A stretch of 63,594 nucleotides of DNA, filler included, from Octopus bimaculoides (GCF_001194135.2; 6 parts of 6 records of this genome joined end to end with filler, not necessarily neighbours in it); one strand, 5' to 3'; shown: positions 39,665-53,689, counted from the whole stretch's first letter. Numbers and translations are program-made. The notes: generated by a model not told the origin, from the sequence alone.

Positions 39665-39707
39665 AAATTAATAGCCGGTATATTTACAATACACCGGCTA
39701 TTAATTT
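39665..39707. other. Hairpin/palindrome: 15-bp perfect arms plus 4 inner pairs
   Basis: AAATTAATAGCCGGT-A-TATT-TAC-AATA-C-ACCGGCTATTAATTT. Confidence 0.9.
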
Positions 39708-40607
39708 TAATCCCGTCATATTAAATTTAATATAACTATATCATAAAACTTGAAATTACACAGTTATATTTTAATTGAAATCTTTTCTACAAAACTAAAC
39801 GAAATTCGCAAGGAAGCAAATATTTACTCTCACATCATGTGTAGTGATCAAATTTTTTATATTAAAATTATTTTTAAAATTTGAAATAATTTTATATTAA
39901 CATAAAGAAAAAAGAACATAAAACGACTCTCTTCTTTACATACGGCTTTCGTGGTGGCACTATATATTTTAATGTTTATATATACATACTAAGACAGATA
40001 AATACGTATGTACACGGAATTTCCTAACACTTTGTATATAATTATTTAATTGATCAAACAAACATTAATCAATCAATCACAAACTAATCAGATCGTTGAA
40101 CATAAAGCAAAGAATTAATTAACGTATACTAATTTTTTTTTTATCTCAGGATNNNNNNNNNNNNNNNNNNNNNNNNNNNNNNNNNNNNNNNNNNNNTTAA
40201 TTAATTAANNNNNNNNNNNNNNNNNNNNNNNNNNNNNNNNNNNNNNNNNNNNATAGAAACTACACGTGGAAATGTAAGGGGAAAGTAAGAAGACAACTAT
40301 TCGAAAATGCACGTTGGAAATCAAAAAAAGTAAACGCTTTTTATGAAAAGTAACGATAGATATATACAATTAGATGAACTGTAATTTGTTAAAGAGATTC
40401 AAATGCATACTGGTTTAAATGCACACCGAATACTGAACGGTGTCAGGTCTACTAGTCCCAGAGTAAATAATTATGCGTAAGGGAGGTAAGTAGTTCTGGA
40501 TTTGGTGCAATTAGTGTAGATCTAGATCGCTAATGTGAATGGTGTATGAGATGCATGTAGGTTAGTGGTATTAAAGATTAGTGGTGTTTTGTAATATGTT
40601 ACATGTC

Positions 40608-40870
40608 CACATTTATTTGTAGAAGATATTTATTGATGAAGAGTGTCTCTCTATTCATTCTTTGTTGTAGTGTGGTGTTCTATGAACATAGATAGAATGG
40701 ATAAATTAGGAAATTAGGCTTAAAATTCCTCGCACATCTTTCTATTTGTCCACTGACCTTTGTCTGTATTGTGGGCGGCGGATTTGTTTTTGTGGAAAGT
40801 GGTTCTACTATGGAGTGATATTCCTGTTTGGCCAATATAGTTGTTACCACACTCTAAGCTATAAGGCCAG
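40608..40870 (-). pseudogene. Penelope-like element GIY-YIG endonuclease C-terminal fragment
   Basis: YSLECGNNYIGQTGISLHSRTTFHK (40863-40790), then FLIYPFY..QRMNRETLFINKY...IN, the typical PLE GIY-YIG end. Confidence 0.7.
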
Positions 40871-43800
40871 ACGTGAAAAAGTATGTGTATATTGAACGCT
40901 GTGAAGCAACGAACTGGAAGGAAGCGGGACGAAGTAGGTTCGTATGTTTGGTTGGCAATAGCCAAGGAAGAAAAGAATTAGTAGCTGGACACATGTGACC
41001 AGCGAGGGGTAAGGAGAAAGATTGGTAGATGGACAAAAAAGGGGGCAAGTACAAAATAGGTGAGCAACGAGAGACAGAGAGGAAGAGAGAGATATAGTAG
41101 TAACAGAAGGAAGAATGAGCGGGAGAAAGAGAGAGATATAGTAGTAACAGAAGGAAGAACGAGAGGGGAAAAAAGATACAGAGATAGATCGAGTCGCGTC
41201 AGAAAATATAAAGTTCAAAACTTACTTGCAGGGATGACGCGTGCGTTCGATCATATAAAAGAATAATAAATTAGTATATGCATATATACATACAAGTATG
41301 TGCATACCTACATCTACCTGCATATATAGGTGCATATCTGGGTACAGGACGTTGCAAACAAAACGTAGACAAAAAATAATAATAATCAGTGTACAGAAAA
41401 CACACAGGCCACATAGAGAACATTTTCCTTCATCAGTTACTACCATTCTAACACAGGCGTTTCGAAGAGTTAGGGCAGGACGCATCTTATATATACACAC
41501 ACACACATAAACTGAAGATGTGTGTGTGTCTCTGTGTGGGTGTAAAGCCTCAGCATTTCTGAAGTTCGCAACTGATTTTCTCCAAACTGGGAACATATAT
41601 TACTTATGTTACAGAGATGGCTTTGAACTCTTACAATTTTTCACATAATGTGTAATTGATCAGAATGCTCCCTTTACTGGGGTACGTACGTCTGCCCGCA
41701 TGGTTCACACATTACTTCTGATCGAACTGGAAAAATCACCTACTGAAATGATATAAGTAGGTTGTATTAAATGGTTGCGAAAATGTAAATTCCGTACAGC
41801 ATTGTCTAAGCGGTAGCAATAAGAGATTGTTCCCATAGTAACATAGGTAGCAATTTATTACAATAAAAATCGTTTGGAACGCATTATGTTTATTATGAAA
41901 AATATGCTAAAATATATTAAAACCTGAGCATCTATTCTGCTTTTATCTTCAGTATCAAAGTCTTCCTTCTAAGCATAGACGAAACCCATACAAATATGGA
42001 TATTGATTACAAACGGAAATACCGCATGACACTTCTTTGTAAATCCATCCCTCAACTCATTAACTCGTCATTTCTACCATGTAGATTTCTCTCGTGTGTT
42101 TCTAAACGTGAAAAAACTAAGATGCTTGCCTTTATATGATTATATTTAACGGTGCACGTTCCTATATATATTTATATACTTGTCAGCTATACATATCTTC
42201 CTCTGCATACACGCACTTATTAAGTGAATATTGCCGTTGTATAGATTGATACGTATATACCCGTATACATAATTCTATATGTGTAAGTATGTATGCACGC
42301 TTGTATATTTGTAGCTACAACTGTATTTATGCGCCAATAGAAATTGAAATGCGTAAATCAGATTCGCATGTCATATACATATGTTTATAAACGTTAATGC
42401 GTGATAGTACGTACGTTTTTGTTTTCACACTGCAGTGTTAATTTCTTTCTCTACATATTATCATGTTCTTATAAATTCTTATGTTTTACATTTAATAATA
42501 AGCATGTATTCATAGAACACAATGATTATTATATTTCTAATATTTCTGTTTTTCCTTTTGTGTTTTCCTAATTTAAAAATTTTCATAATTGATCAAGAAA
42601 TAAGAATTCTTTACAATGTTTATCCGTTCTTTATTTTCTGTGTAGTTTTATATATATTGTTTATAGTATTTACATATTTATATGCGTATATCTAAATAAT
42701 TAATGTGCACTGGGAATTATATATTTACGACTGTCATATACAAGTGTGTGCAAAACGTGTGTATATTATATTCTTGCACTCCGGCATATGCGCGCGCGCG
42801 CGTATATTCGTATATATGATTTTACATGTATTAATAACAATAGTTCATTCTACCTCATAGATTCATCATATATGTATTTTCATAACTTCTCAGCAGGGAT
42901 CGTCTAGGTAATTTTCCATTGAATTAAGTTATGTGTAGAATGTTTTTCGTTACATTATTATCAGACGTGATGATAGCTATATGTTAACACCTGCAAAGCA
43001 TCATTTCCTGAAAGTTGCTTGAAGGCAGACCTCAAGACATCCAAAGATACTTAAAATCACTAATGACTTCTTACAAGTGATACTGAAATGAAAAACCTGG
43101 AATTTCCTCGTAAGCGAGATCAGTTTTGAATAAATGTACTATCATTCCAACAACATTCGTCAAGAAGCTAAAATTTACTCGGTTGCAATTCGCTGCATAT
43201 GTGCATGAACGCATATGCGCATATATATGTATCTATGTATGCAAGTATACATCTTGTATAGCCCTTCAGTTATCCATTGTGGCCTAAGTAGAACTGCTCA
43301 TGTAAGACAGCATGCTTTGCGCATGTTTAGACCTGCTAAACCACAACTATCTTCGGGTCCGACGGTAATCAATTCGTTGACAATAGAGTGATAGAATTGT
43401 GAGAGTTAGAAAGTTATAAGAAACAGTAAATTACTTATTGTTCGTTCGCTGGACGAACAGGATAAATATTAAATACTCTAACATACAGTTCAGATAGAAG
43501 GCAAGCTCTAACAATTATAGCAAGGCATTCTATCCGACGGTTTTGCCGTAATGTCAAAATATTTTACTACATAATGCTTAGTCCGTCAATATATGGAAGA
43601 AATTAATGTCATTACCTGATTTTCTCTCCCGAATCTTAATTGCTGAAACTGATATCTCAAGAAGCTTTCTTGTAATAATGACCATGATAGGTGTATGTAT
43701 GTTACTGGTAAGTTAAATTTAACACGGGTTGTAACTTAATGCATCCCCGAAAGTACTCATCATGAGCATCTTATATCTAACTTTCCGTTTGTCAAATTGT

Positions 43801-44664
43801 TGTTGTGAAAATGTTATCCACCCTTCCCACGTGACAAAGTGTTATCAATCAGCCACTATAAAGTCAGACAGTCGTTGTAGAACGTCAGTAGTAGTATAGT
43901 CGCTGTACGAGTTCTCAATTGGAATATGTGTCACGATATATATACGAGTTCGAGTTACTGTCATGGTCGACGTTTCAAAGTCATTGCTTTGCGGAGCTAT
44001 CAGCGATAGACGAGTCAAAGATGATAAGATGAAGAAGACCGCCACAATATAATAGTGGCGACTAGAATATTACAGTGCTCACAATAACATACAAGTGAAC
44101 GAGGATCCACATTGTAGTGATTTTTAAAAATTATATTTACAAGCAATTTATCAAACTTAACATGAGCAACATGATTTTCAATCGCTACTGAAGACAGTTC
44201 AAACTACCGTGGAACGTTTGTTAAAGCAACTGTGCAATTCTTTAAATGTGAATATGCATTTCTTCTAGTTCTGGATTAATTTTGCCTTTCTTTCTATTCC
44301 TTATTCCTCATTTATACCATGAACATATAAGTAAAATGTATATATAATAAATTGAATTATTTTATTCATAATGTAACTGATAACAGATGATGAGAGCCTT
44401 CAGACTTCACATATGAATGTTCATATCGTTATTAAAACAATATTGTTTTTTGAAGTGTAGTTTTTATCTTTCCTAATACGATACTAGTTGGCTATGACAT
44501 ATGAATGTAGCAATTTAACTTTCATGTACTTATTGACTAAAGAGAATTATAATGAAATAATTCGATATAAATACATAGCACTTATTGACTTCTCTGCATT
44601 TAAGAAGTTTATCAATGATGTTGAATAAGTGTCAATCGTGAGATGTATGCAGTACTCGATTCTG

Positions 44665-44714
44665 GTTTATCTTGAAAATGTTTATCTTGAAAAATGTTTA
44701 TCTTGAAAAATGTT
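44665..44714. repeat. 16-17 bp tandem repeat x3
   Basis: GTTTATCTTGAAAA(A)T units. Confidence 0.9.
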
Positions 44715-46491
44715 CTGCATCATCAATGTCTTAGTAAACAATGACATTACGTTATATACTCTCTATCATTTCCAAATCCTCAAATCTCTACAAGATTTTA
44801 CATGTTAAATATATTCTCATATAAAATGGCATGCAAATTTGTAACATTAGAACTTGTGTTTAATATATAGTTTCCTTAAAGTTATACACAATCTTCAGAT
44901 GGATAAAACTTTTATTATGGGTTAAAACGATGCATTATAATTCTTAAATTGGATTTGAACTTAGAATGTATATGAACGCCAAGAAATCATGAAGACGACT
45001 CTTTCATCTGATTATTGAATTCGACACACCAACAACGTTTTTAATATTTGTTTCGAATATGTGCAGAGGTATTCAATATTTTTGTCAAGGAAGTCATAAC
45101 GTACGAAATACATCAGTAATTTATTTTCTCGAGTTTTAGTCACATCATAGAGGATTTAAATTCAGAACTTAATATCGTCTAATAGTGCATAGAATATAAA
45201 CTTTCTATCAAGTTCTTTTGTGAAATAATTCGTGGTTTCTTTAATTTTTTCACACACCATGAAATTCTCAAATGTTCTAATGGAAACAGCGTTCGTTATT
45301 ACAGCACACAGTTTATAGCACTTTTTTTCTTCACTTCAATTTCACCTGAAATGTGACAATATGTTTTCTCATTTCATATTGTAAATTTCTTCGTTTTTGA
45401 AGGCAACGTGATCTATTGAATGGAAGTCATAAATTCCATTAATTCAACTCAGCGTTAATAGTGTTCTCATATAACAACAATGTTATTTCAAATTCTCAGT
45501 TTCACATACTCGCATTCAAATTCAAATATCTGATTTTCAACTCACCGTTCTTGGAAATAAATATTACATTTTTGCTAATTAATCTTGCTGTCAAAGACCA
45601 CAAAACCTGAAATTAATTAAACCTTATACATTAGCCACATGCTGATCACACTGAAACATATACAATTACATAACGGTGAAATAGCCATACATTGTGAAGC
45701 ACAAATTGATACTATATCTGAGCGTTAAACAAACCATTTACAGTATTTGTCATACAACCGTGTATCTGAAGACACGTGGCTCTATGTAAATATTTATAAT
45801 GCATATATTTTTATATTTTATATTTAAAGAAATATTCTGATCATAAAATATTTTTCCTTATTGGTCTTTAGATGATTGTGGCAATAGCTTTTCACATCTA
45901 TATTCGAAGGAAAATTAAGAGAAGTAAAATACGTTGTGTATATGTCAAGAAGATTAAACTAATTCGAAGTAACTGGAGTTAGACTCCGAATTATATGTAA
46001 TGCAACTCATTATTGCTCTGCTTCTTATTTTGAGTCACAACATTGTGAATGGACTACCTTTCAATTCTATTCTGGCCGGGACAATCCGATTATAATATTG
46101 GAGAGGATGCATTAACCAGTTTATCACCCATTCTTTGCGAAAAATGAATCAGAGTGTTAATGCAAACATATCAGGGCAGTATGTCTAGTGAGTCGAGAAA
46201 GGTAGAAAGAAAAATATTAGAAATGTAATAATTACTGTTTTTTATGTAGTTTAACTCAGTTCCGTTACTACTTTGATGTTTCCCTTCATCCATCTTCATA
46301 GCTTCTTTAATATAGTTTATATAAGTCTAAAATCGGTGTGCATTTTAGTTGAGTGTGTTAATAATTTCAGATTCCGCAAATACATGTGCATTATATGGTG
46401 TTCTAACTTCGATACATTGCAACGAAATATTTGCTAACGTACATGAACAAATGAATATCCGAGTTAGCTCTAGTGGTTTGAACGCATAGGG

Positions 46492-46604
46492 TAAAGAATT
46501 ATATCAATATTATTTAAAGAATTATATCAATATATCTAAAGAATTATATCAATATTATTTAAAGAATTATATCAATATATCTAAAGAATTATTTCAATAT
46601 TATT
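46492..46604. repeat. Minisatellite with alternating 23/22-nt units (45-bp higher-order period, ~2.5 copies)
   Basis: TAAAGAATTATATCAATATTATT alternates with TAAAGAATTATATCAATATATC. Confidence 0.9.
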
Positions 46605-47229
46605 AGAGTAATTTCAAACGGTTTGCAGTTCAAAAATGATTTATACTTAAGGAAATGCACTGACAATATAACATTTTAAGGAAATGTACTAAGAATATAT
46701 TTTTGTAGGAAATTCACTTCCGTGTTTTAATGAACTTTTATCGGTGGAAGAGAGATCAAAGGCAATTAAAGTTCACACAGATTTCATTCACAATATCTAT
46801 AACTCTGTATATCATACAAAATGTATTCCACCTTGTGTCGTCTGACTCTTGGCATCCAAATTTGCATTAATATCACGCGGAAAATATATACCACTTTTAG
46901 CTCCTTAGTCGTTATCATTATTTGCATATACATTTATTTCAATGAATTCTGAATGTGAAATGCGTTAACGTAAAATGGTAGGATTCTATTTTATATATAT
47001 TCATCATTTGAATTCAAAATACACACATGCTATAAATTGCTTGCCAACCTTCCAAATTCGTCAAAATAAATTGAGTATTAGACTGGAAATTTGTTGACTA
47101 TAAACCTCTGTGTAGTAATTTTTTTTCTTGTGTCGATATGAGTGTTCATTAGGCTTTGACAGTCAAACAAGTGGTTAATAATTTCCACCTTTCATATATA
47201 AAATATCTTTTGGTTAGTTACTTTGGTCC

Positions 47230-47580
47230 TTTTCTAGGCAACATTGATTAGGACGCTGTCACTACCTTTCTTTTATCCCCACGGAAGCATCTTTTCCAGC
47301 TGGCTACCGATGCATAACTGCGTCCTTGCACCTCGAATAAAGGAGCTAATGTTTCCACTTAGTCTTAAACGGTCCCTCGGACCTTGGTTTCTTGGTTATT
47401 TCTCTTCATCGGCACAGGATAACTGACTAGATATGACTGCACTAGGCCATGCTCGTGGAATATAATTTGAAAGTGATGCACAGTTACTGATCTCGTATAT
47501 AAATTTATCAATTTTGTCAAAACATTTTGAAAATCTCCTCTTGGAATATTATCAGGCATACCACCAAGGTTCATAGAAAC
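47230..47580 (-). pseudogene. Degenerate RTE-like LINE 3' ORF fragment
   Basis: ...AVISSQLS...RNQGPRDRLR... (cf. 'PKxxLYSQL..GxRNQGRPRxR') on the minus strand; GC-richer island. Confidence 0.4.
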
Positions 47581-48414
47581 GCTATCATTTGTATAAATTT
47601 AAAATACGCTGCTCTGATTGTAACATATGATTCAATCTGTAAAGGAAATAATTTTGAAAAATGAATGATCAAATATAATTTTATAAAATATTGTATCCCT
47701 ACATTTAAGCCAAGACGTTTTCTCACAGATGGCCAGTAGCGAATGCGGTATGGAATAATTACTTGCTGTATTATTCTGCTTTACTCTATTGTGCAGCATT
47801 AAAGTGATCTGTAATAATGCTCACACTATATATTGTTTAAGTCCATATATGCTGACTAACGGCAATTCTGTTGTTAAACATATATAAATATTATATCTTC
47901 ATCACAAATGCAATGTTTTTATTCCTTTGTCTAGATTCCACGTACGAGAAATATTTCACAATGCTAAAGGCACTACTGTGCATTTCTTTTGGTAGATCCT
48001 TGATGTCATACATTCCTCTGCATAAAATTCATTATAGTCGTATGGTTTACGGTCTCTATTGCTGTGTAGAGGTCTTCAAATTTTAACATCTGACATTGTT
48101 TGGTATTCAAGACAATGGCAATTGTTAGCAAATTTTAATGTCATCTTTCGCCTCAATCAAAGCAAAACTGAATCTTCATCATCATTCAGGTTACCGGTGC
48201 TCGGTTATATTTCCTACACAAGCTCCGACGAATTCACGAATTGTTATTTTCTTAATCAAACTTCTTTGCAATAAGAAACAGATTAACTTTGGATTCAATA
48301 ACGTTAGTTAATGTAAGCAAGCATTCCAGATATCAATATAAATTACCTATGAAGGTAAAATCATCACCGTCCTAAGATGATAATTTGATCCCTTCTGCTT
48401 GATGTCGCTTGTAG

Positions 48415-48474
48415 AAAGGAGATTCTTCCAGAGGATCGCTGGGATGTTATTGGAGCCTACAATCTTTTTGCCTT
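48415..48474 (+). CDS. Candidate 60-nt internal exon, host gene unknown
   Basis: Pyrimidine-rich 'cttctgcttgatgtcgcttgtag|' acceptor and consensus '|gtaagt' donor; all three frames open (e.g. KEILPEDRWDVIGAYNLFA). Confidence 0.25.
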
Positions 48475-49859
48475 GTAAGTTTTTGTGAAGCATTTTTGAA
48501 ACATTCTGAACGTAATACTTATGGATCTGTAGAAGTACACCCTGTCAGGAAACAACTAACCAGCAGTTAGTGTTCAAAGTGTCTATTATGTATATACTTT
48601 GTATATTGAGGAACACATCATCGGACTTGAAGACTACAATTTAAACACAATGTACTGAAATGCATGCCAATTAAGAATTCCTCATTCGTGTGAGAGAATC
48701 TTCGAATGTGTTACAAATTTCAAATATGTGCAGATGGTGAAGTGTTCGCTAAGTAGTGACCGCTGTTGAGGTATATCATCTTAATGAAGGATGGCTTCAT
48801 GTTAAACAAGGATTGCGCACTGGAGCCAAGTACGAAGATTACAAATGCGGCTGCAACGGCTAGACCTTATAGATCCACTGCTTGATACCCCATCCTAATT
48901 CCTTAAATTGTGAAATATGAAAATACCGAAAGATTACTTAAAGGTGTGTTCAATCCTCGGTGATATAAAGTTCACGTCCTATTTAATTACAATCAGCACA
49001 TGTTTCACATGCTTTGCTACCACTACAACAAAAACAACTTTGACTCTATAAACATCTATCAACATATAAATTTGACGTTTCTGTAAAACTAGAATAATCG
49101 TCGGGATTCGTAATATAGAACCTCCCTTTCTACACCACAGATCTTTCTATCAGGCCTATATACCAATTAACTGCTCAAGCTCCGGTGTTTGCTTTTAATA
49201 GCAAGACTACTGAACCTGATATATTTCTTTTTTCCAAAACTTTAAAGGGAAACATTTTTCCTTGATCCGAAATACTTTAATCGATAATTTACACATTTTC
49301 GCCATGAGCGTGCGCCGAAATTTGGGATTCATGCAAAAATGTCTCCCATTCCCTAGAAAGACAACCAGTCCCACAGAGCAAACTATCAAACTCTTACATT
49401 TAATCTGATTTCTGAAGTGCTATGTGGATGGTTTTTAAGTATTTTTTCTCCATGAACTACTGCCATATCCATACCTAATAATATTTAATCCGATTATTTT
49501 CACCTGAATTTCATATATGAGCAGTAGATAACCTCGGATGTTACTTTTCAAAGGCCCAACACTTCGAAAGATATCGGAGAAAGCAGAAAGCTGTTATTTG
49601 ACAGAAGAAAAAAAATTGCATGATTAACTGATCACTGCTGTCGCAAAGATCCGGCTATAATGACCATTTTTTTAAATATTAGTTGAAGCAAAATTTGCCT
49701 AAGCACGCCGCCGATAGCGGATACTTCCTACTAGTTACACGTTTCTCATCTACAGATATACTTCTATGCCATTTAGCAATATACAGCTATAGGCAAAATT
49801 TCTCGAAACGATTACCTCAATTTGCTAGCTTCCTATCAGCATTAAGTTATACAAAATGC

Positions 49860-49909
<50 letters not shown>

Positions 49910-50370
49910 NNNNNNNNNNNNNNNNNNNNNNNNNNNNNNNNNNNNNNNNNNNNNNNNNNNNNNNNNGGAGGATGAGGAGGAGGAGGAGGCGGAGGAGGAG
50001 GCGGAGGAGGAGGGGGATGAGGAATGGCGCATTGGCTGAACGCAATATATCTACATATTTCTTTGACTACTTCTAGAAATACATATAAGTGTAAGTATGC
50101 GTTTTCCTGGACTTCATAAACATCTGTGCCTCCTGAATGCAAAATATATGCTAACAAATGTTTCGCTAGGTTACATGTTTTGTAATACTCATCAGGGTTG
50201 AAAAGCTAAGGATATTGTTAGGAGCCATGAAGTTATAGGGCAGTTATCAAAGTCATTACTCTGGTGCATAATAGGACTCTTTTACATGAAGCCCTAAGTT
50301 CAGGTGGTTCGATTGGCAATGACTAAGATTTTAACTTTGGTAACGGCCATGAATTTTGGCACAGGAAAAC

Positions 50371-50446
<76 letters not shown>

Positions 50447-51512
50447 GTCCATAATTGTTCCCAAGAATATAATATTAAATCAATGTAGAGATAACATCGG
50501 TTACATTTAATTGACAAAACACCAGTAACAATAACAATCCCATAAAGATCACTGCCAAAGTTACGAGAATATTATCCATGAATGTGCTAATGTGTAAATT
50601 CAAAACGAAAATGGAAATGATATATATATCATTTATTTATATATGAGTATGTGTGACTTTGTGTTTGCCCGTCCCCCACTAGTATTTGACAACCGGTGTT
50701 GTTTAGTAAACGACCCCGCAAATTAGCAGTTCGAAAATAGTATCAGAATAAGTACTATAGTGAGAAAAATATGTAATGAAGACGATTTGTCTAACTTAGC
50801 CCAGGCTAATAACAGAAACAGTTAAAGATATACGGTAGACTTAATAACGATTTACGAATTACAAACTGCTTGCATATAACATGCAAAATAGGAGATTTGC
50901 ATTGACAAACATCGTTCGCCGATATGAGGGGGATTCGTAAACTTCGATAGGTTCAAGGCAATAGCTTGATAACAATAATACTAATTAAATTTACAATGTA
51001 ATTTAATCGATTATGCGCATCCATAAATAGCAATACCCATCAAATGATACACGAATAATGTGTGTTTGTTTGTATTCATTTATTCATTCATTATTCATCC
51101 AATTGTTTCATTCATTTCAGTGCGGTCATACTGGAGCAGAGCCTTTAGTCGAACAAATTGAACCCAGTACTTAACCTTTGTATGCCTAGTACGTATTCTT
51201 TCGATATCTTTTTTTCAACCGCTACGTTACGATGACGTAAAGACACCAAAATCGAGGTCAAGCGATGGTGCGGAGACAAACATAGAAACAGAAACACTCA
51301 CTCACTCACACACACACATACACACATACATACATACATACATACATATATATGTACACACACACACACATACACACACACACACACACACATACACACA
51401 CACACACACACANNNNNNNNNNNNNNNNNNNNNNNNNNNNNNNNNNNNNNNNNNNNTTAATTAATTAANNNNNNNNNNNNNNNNNNNNNNNNNNNNNNNN
51501 NNNNNNNNNNNN

Positions 51513-52105
51513 ATCTTCTGGAATTTTTCTGGACGGCCTCCTTGTTTAAGTTGGTGAATGCAGCCATAATCCTTGCCTTCAGTTCATCTTTGGTGTCACA
51601 AGGAGCTTTGTTGGTCTCTCGCTCAAGTGCACCCCACACATAATAATGAAGGGGGTTGTAATCTGGGGAGTTAGGTGGCCAGATGTTAGGGGTGATGTGG
51701 TCTCAGAAATTATCTGACAGCCATGACTGGGTTCTCCTGCTTGTGTGGCATGGTGCAGAATCCTGCCGCCAGACATAGGGTCTTCCCACAGACACCCTCT
51801 TGATCCAGGGCAGCATTACCTCCTCCGGGCACTTAATGTAGGCCTCCGTGTTGAATGTGAGACCGTGTGGGTAGATGAATGCAGGTATAAAGTCGCCATC
51901 ACTAGGGATCACTCCAAACACCATGGATATGGTCTGGATGTTTGATTTTTATCTCTCTCGGTACAGGTTTCGGGGACACAGCAAGCCAATGGTTGTTCTG
52001 TTCACCATCTGATCCTGGCAGAAATTGTTCTCATCTGAGAAGAAAACCAAAGCATGTTCGGTTGGAGGGGATGCTTGAGTTTGTTCAGAAGCTTTGTGGC
52101 ATGGT
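51513..52105 (-). mobile_element. maT/DD37D-like Tc1/mariner transposase relic
   Basis: FFSDENNF, MVFGVI..DG, YVWRQDSAPCHTSRRTQSWL, WPPNSPDYNP..YYVWGALE motifs, frameshifted. Confidence 0.85.
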
Positions 52106-52704
52106 CTTATATATACGTATATGTGACGGGCTTCTTTTAGTTTCCATTTGCCCTCTATTATCATTTGAATAAAATTCAGTTTACAGTTAAACTCATACAG
52201 TTTCCTTGATAAATAACACACACGTGTTTACTAAGAAACACATACTTGTCTAAACATACACATACACACACTTACACAAATACTTAAACATACACATATA
52301 CTCACTTACAGACACACACATACACGTTCACTTACATACATGCTCACTGACATGTACACACACACATCACACACACACAACTTACTCATTTACATACACA
52401 CAAATGCATACACATTATTAGGTCACGTGTATGAGTGTGTATTATTCATTCATGTCTCTTCTGATTTTTTTATATACACACACATAAATATGTGTGCGTG
52501 TGTGTATGCGTGTGCACCCTCCTGTTTTACGTGCCCTAGACATTAAAAAAAACCGTCGCAAGATAAATGGCTCAATTTCACATTGCAAATATGCGTAAAC
52601 GCATATATTTGTGAGTGAATGTATGTTTGCGTGCAATTGTAGATTTTTCTCTCTCAAAAATGCTGTTCAACAATGCAGGAACAACACGTGTTAAACTTGG
52701 TGTA

Positions 52705-53677
52705 AATATTTAAGGTTAATTTAAGAAATTCCCACAAAGAAAGAAAAAAACCATACAAAGAAACGATTTCATCTCCATAATGAAAAAAAAAACCAAAAAA
52801 AACAAAAAACAATGTCACTAGAAACATTAATGGAATTGTTAATAACCACATAAGATGTTGTTGTTCCTATTGTTGTAGTAGAAGTAGTTGTTTCTGGTGG
52901 TGGTGGTGGTCATAGTTTGAGGTTAACAATTCTACTGTTGATGGCGGTGTTTTATTCAAAAGTAGTAGTAGTAGTAGTGGTGGTAGTAGTTCTTTTTCTT
53001 CTTCTTCTTATTATTATTGTTGATTGAGAGCGCAGCGCACGCCGTCAAAGTTATTGCCATTGTCACATGTTTGACCAGGTGAGCTGACGGCCAAGTCCAA
53101 CGTGAAGATCACTCCACTGTATACTTTTGGGAGGGAAGGGCAGACACGTTTTCTGACACTGGTGGTGGCTATGGGTAAAAGAAAGCACAATGTGGACACA
53201 TTTGTGAGGACTGCTGACGGGGGGGGCTTTTTTTTTGCCCCCTCTCNNNNNNNNNNNNNNNNNNNNNNNNNNNNNNNNNNNNNNNNNNNNNNNNNNNNNN
53301 NNNNNNNNNNNNNNNNNNNNNNNNNNNNNNNNNNNNNNNNNNNNNNNNNNNNNNNNNNNNNNNNNNNNNNNNNNNNNNNNNNNNNNNNNNNNNNNNNNNN
53401 NNNNNNNNNNNNNNNNNNNNNNNNNNNNNNNNNNNNNNNNNNNNNNNNNNNNNNNNNNNNNNNNNNNNNNNNNNNNNNGGGGGGGAATTTCTGTCTTGTA
53501 TATTTGTTAAAAGTTGGGTAAACATGGTGAGTATGGCTGGGGTTAATTAAGACAGGTCTGAATCAGGGATTGTAGGACAGGGACAAGAGCAAAGGGAGGA
53601 CCATGTCTGGGTTATCTGAGATATCTGTAGGGGTCCCTTTTTGGCCCATGGTAGATGTCCTCCTTATTGTGACTATA
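52705..53677 (+). repeat. Unclassified triplicated unit, copy A
   Basis: Homologous to 57260-58127 (direct) and 54636-55260 (inverted); includes a 252-nt N-gap. Confidence 0.85.
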
Positions 53678-53689
53678 TATTTTCTTTTA

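Noticed and set aside
41400-41490. GAAAC...CTGATGA hammerhead-like words on minus strand
   Set aside because: Stem II closing pair is A.C and stem I does not form; no coherent topology.
43845-44045. 66-aa ORF with signal-peptide-like start (MAVFFILSSLTRLSLIA)
   Set aside because: Starts at GTG, not ATG; no dibasic/amidation pattern or known domain.
46492-46604. Possible CRISPR-like array
   Set aside because: Units are contiguous with no unique spacers; eukaryotic context, no cas genes.
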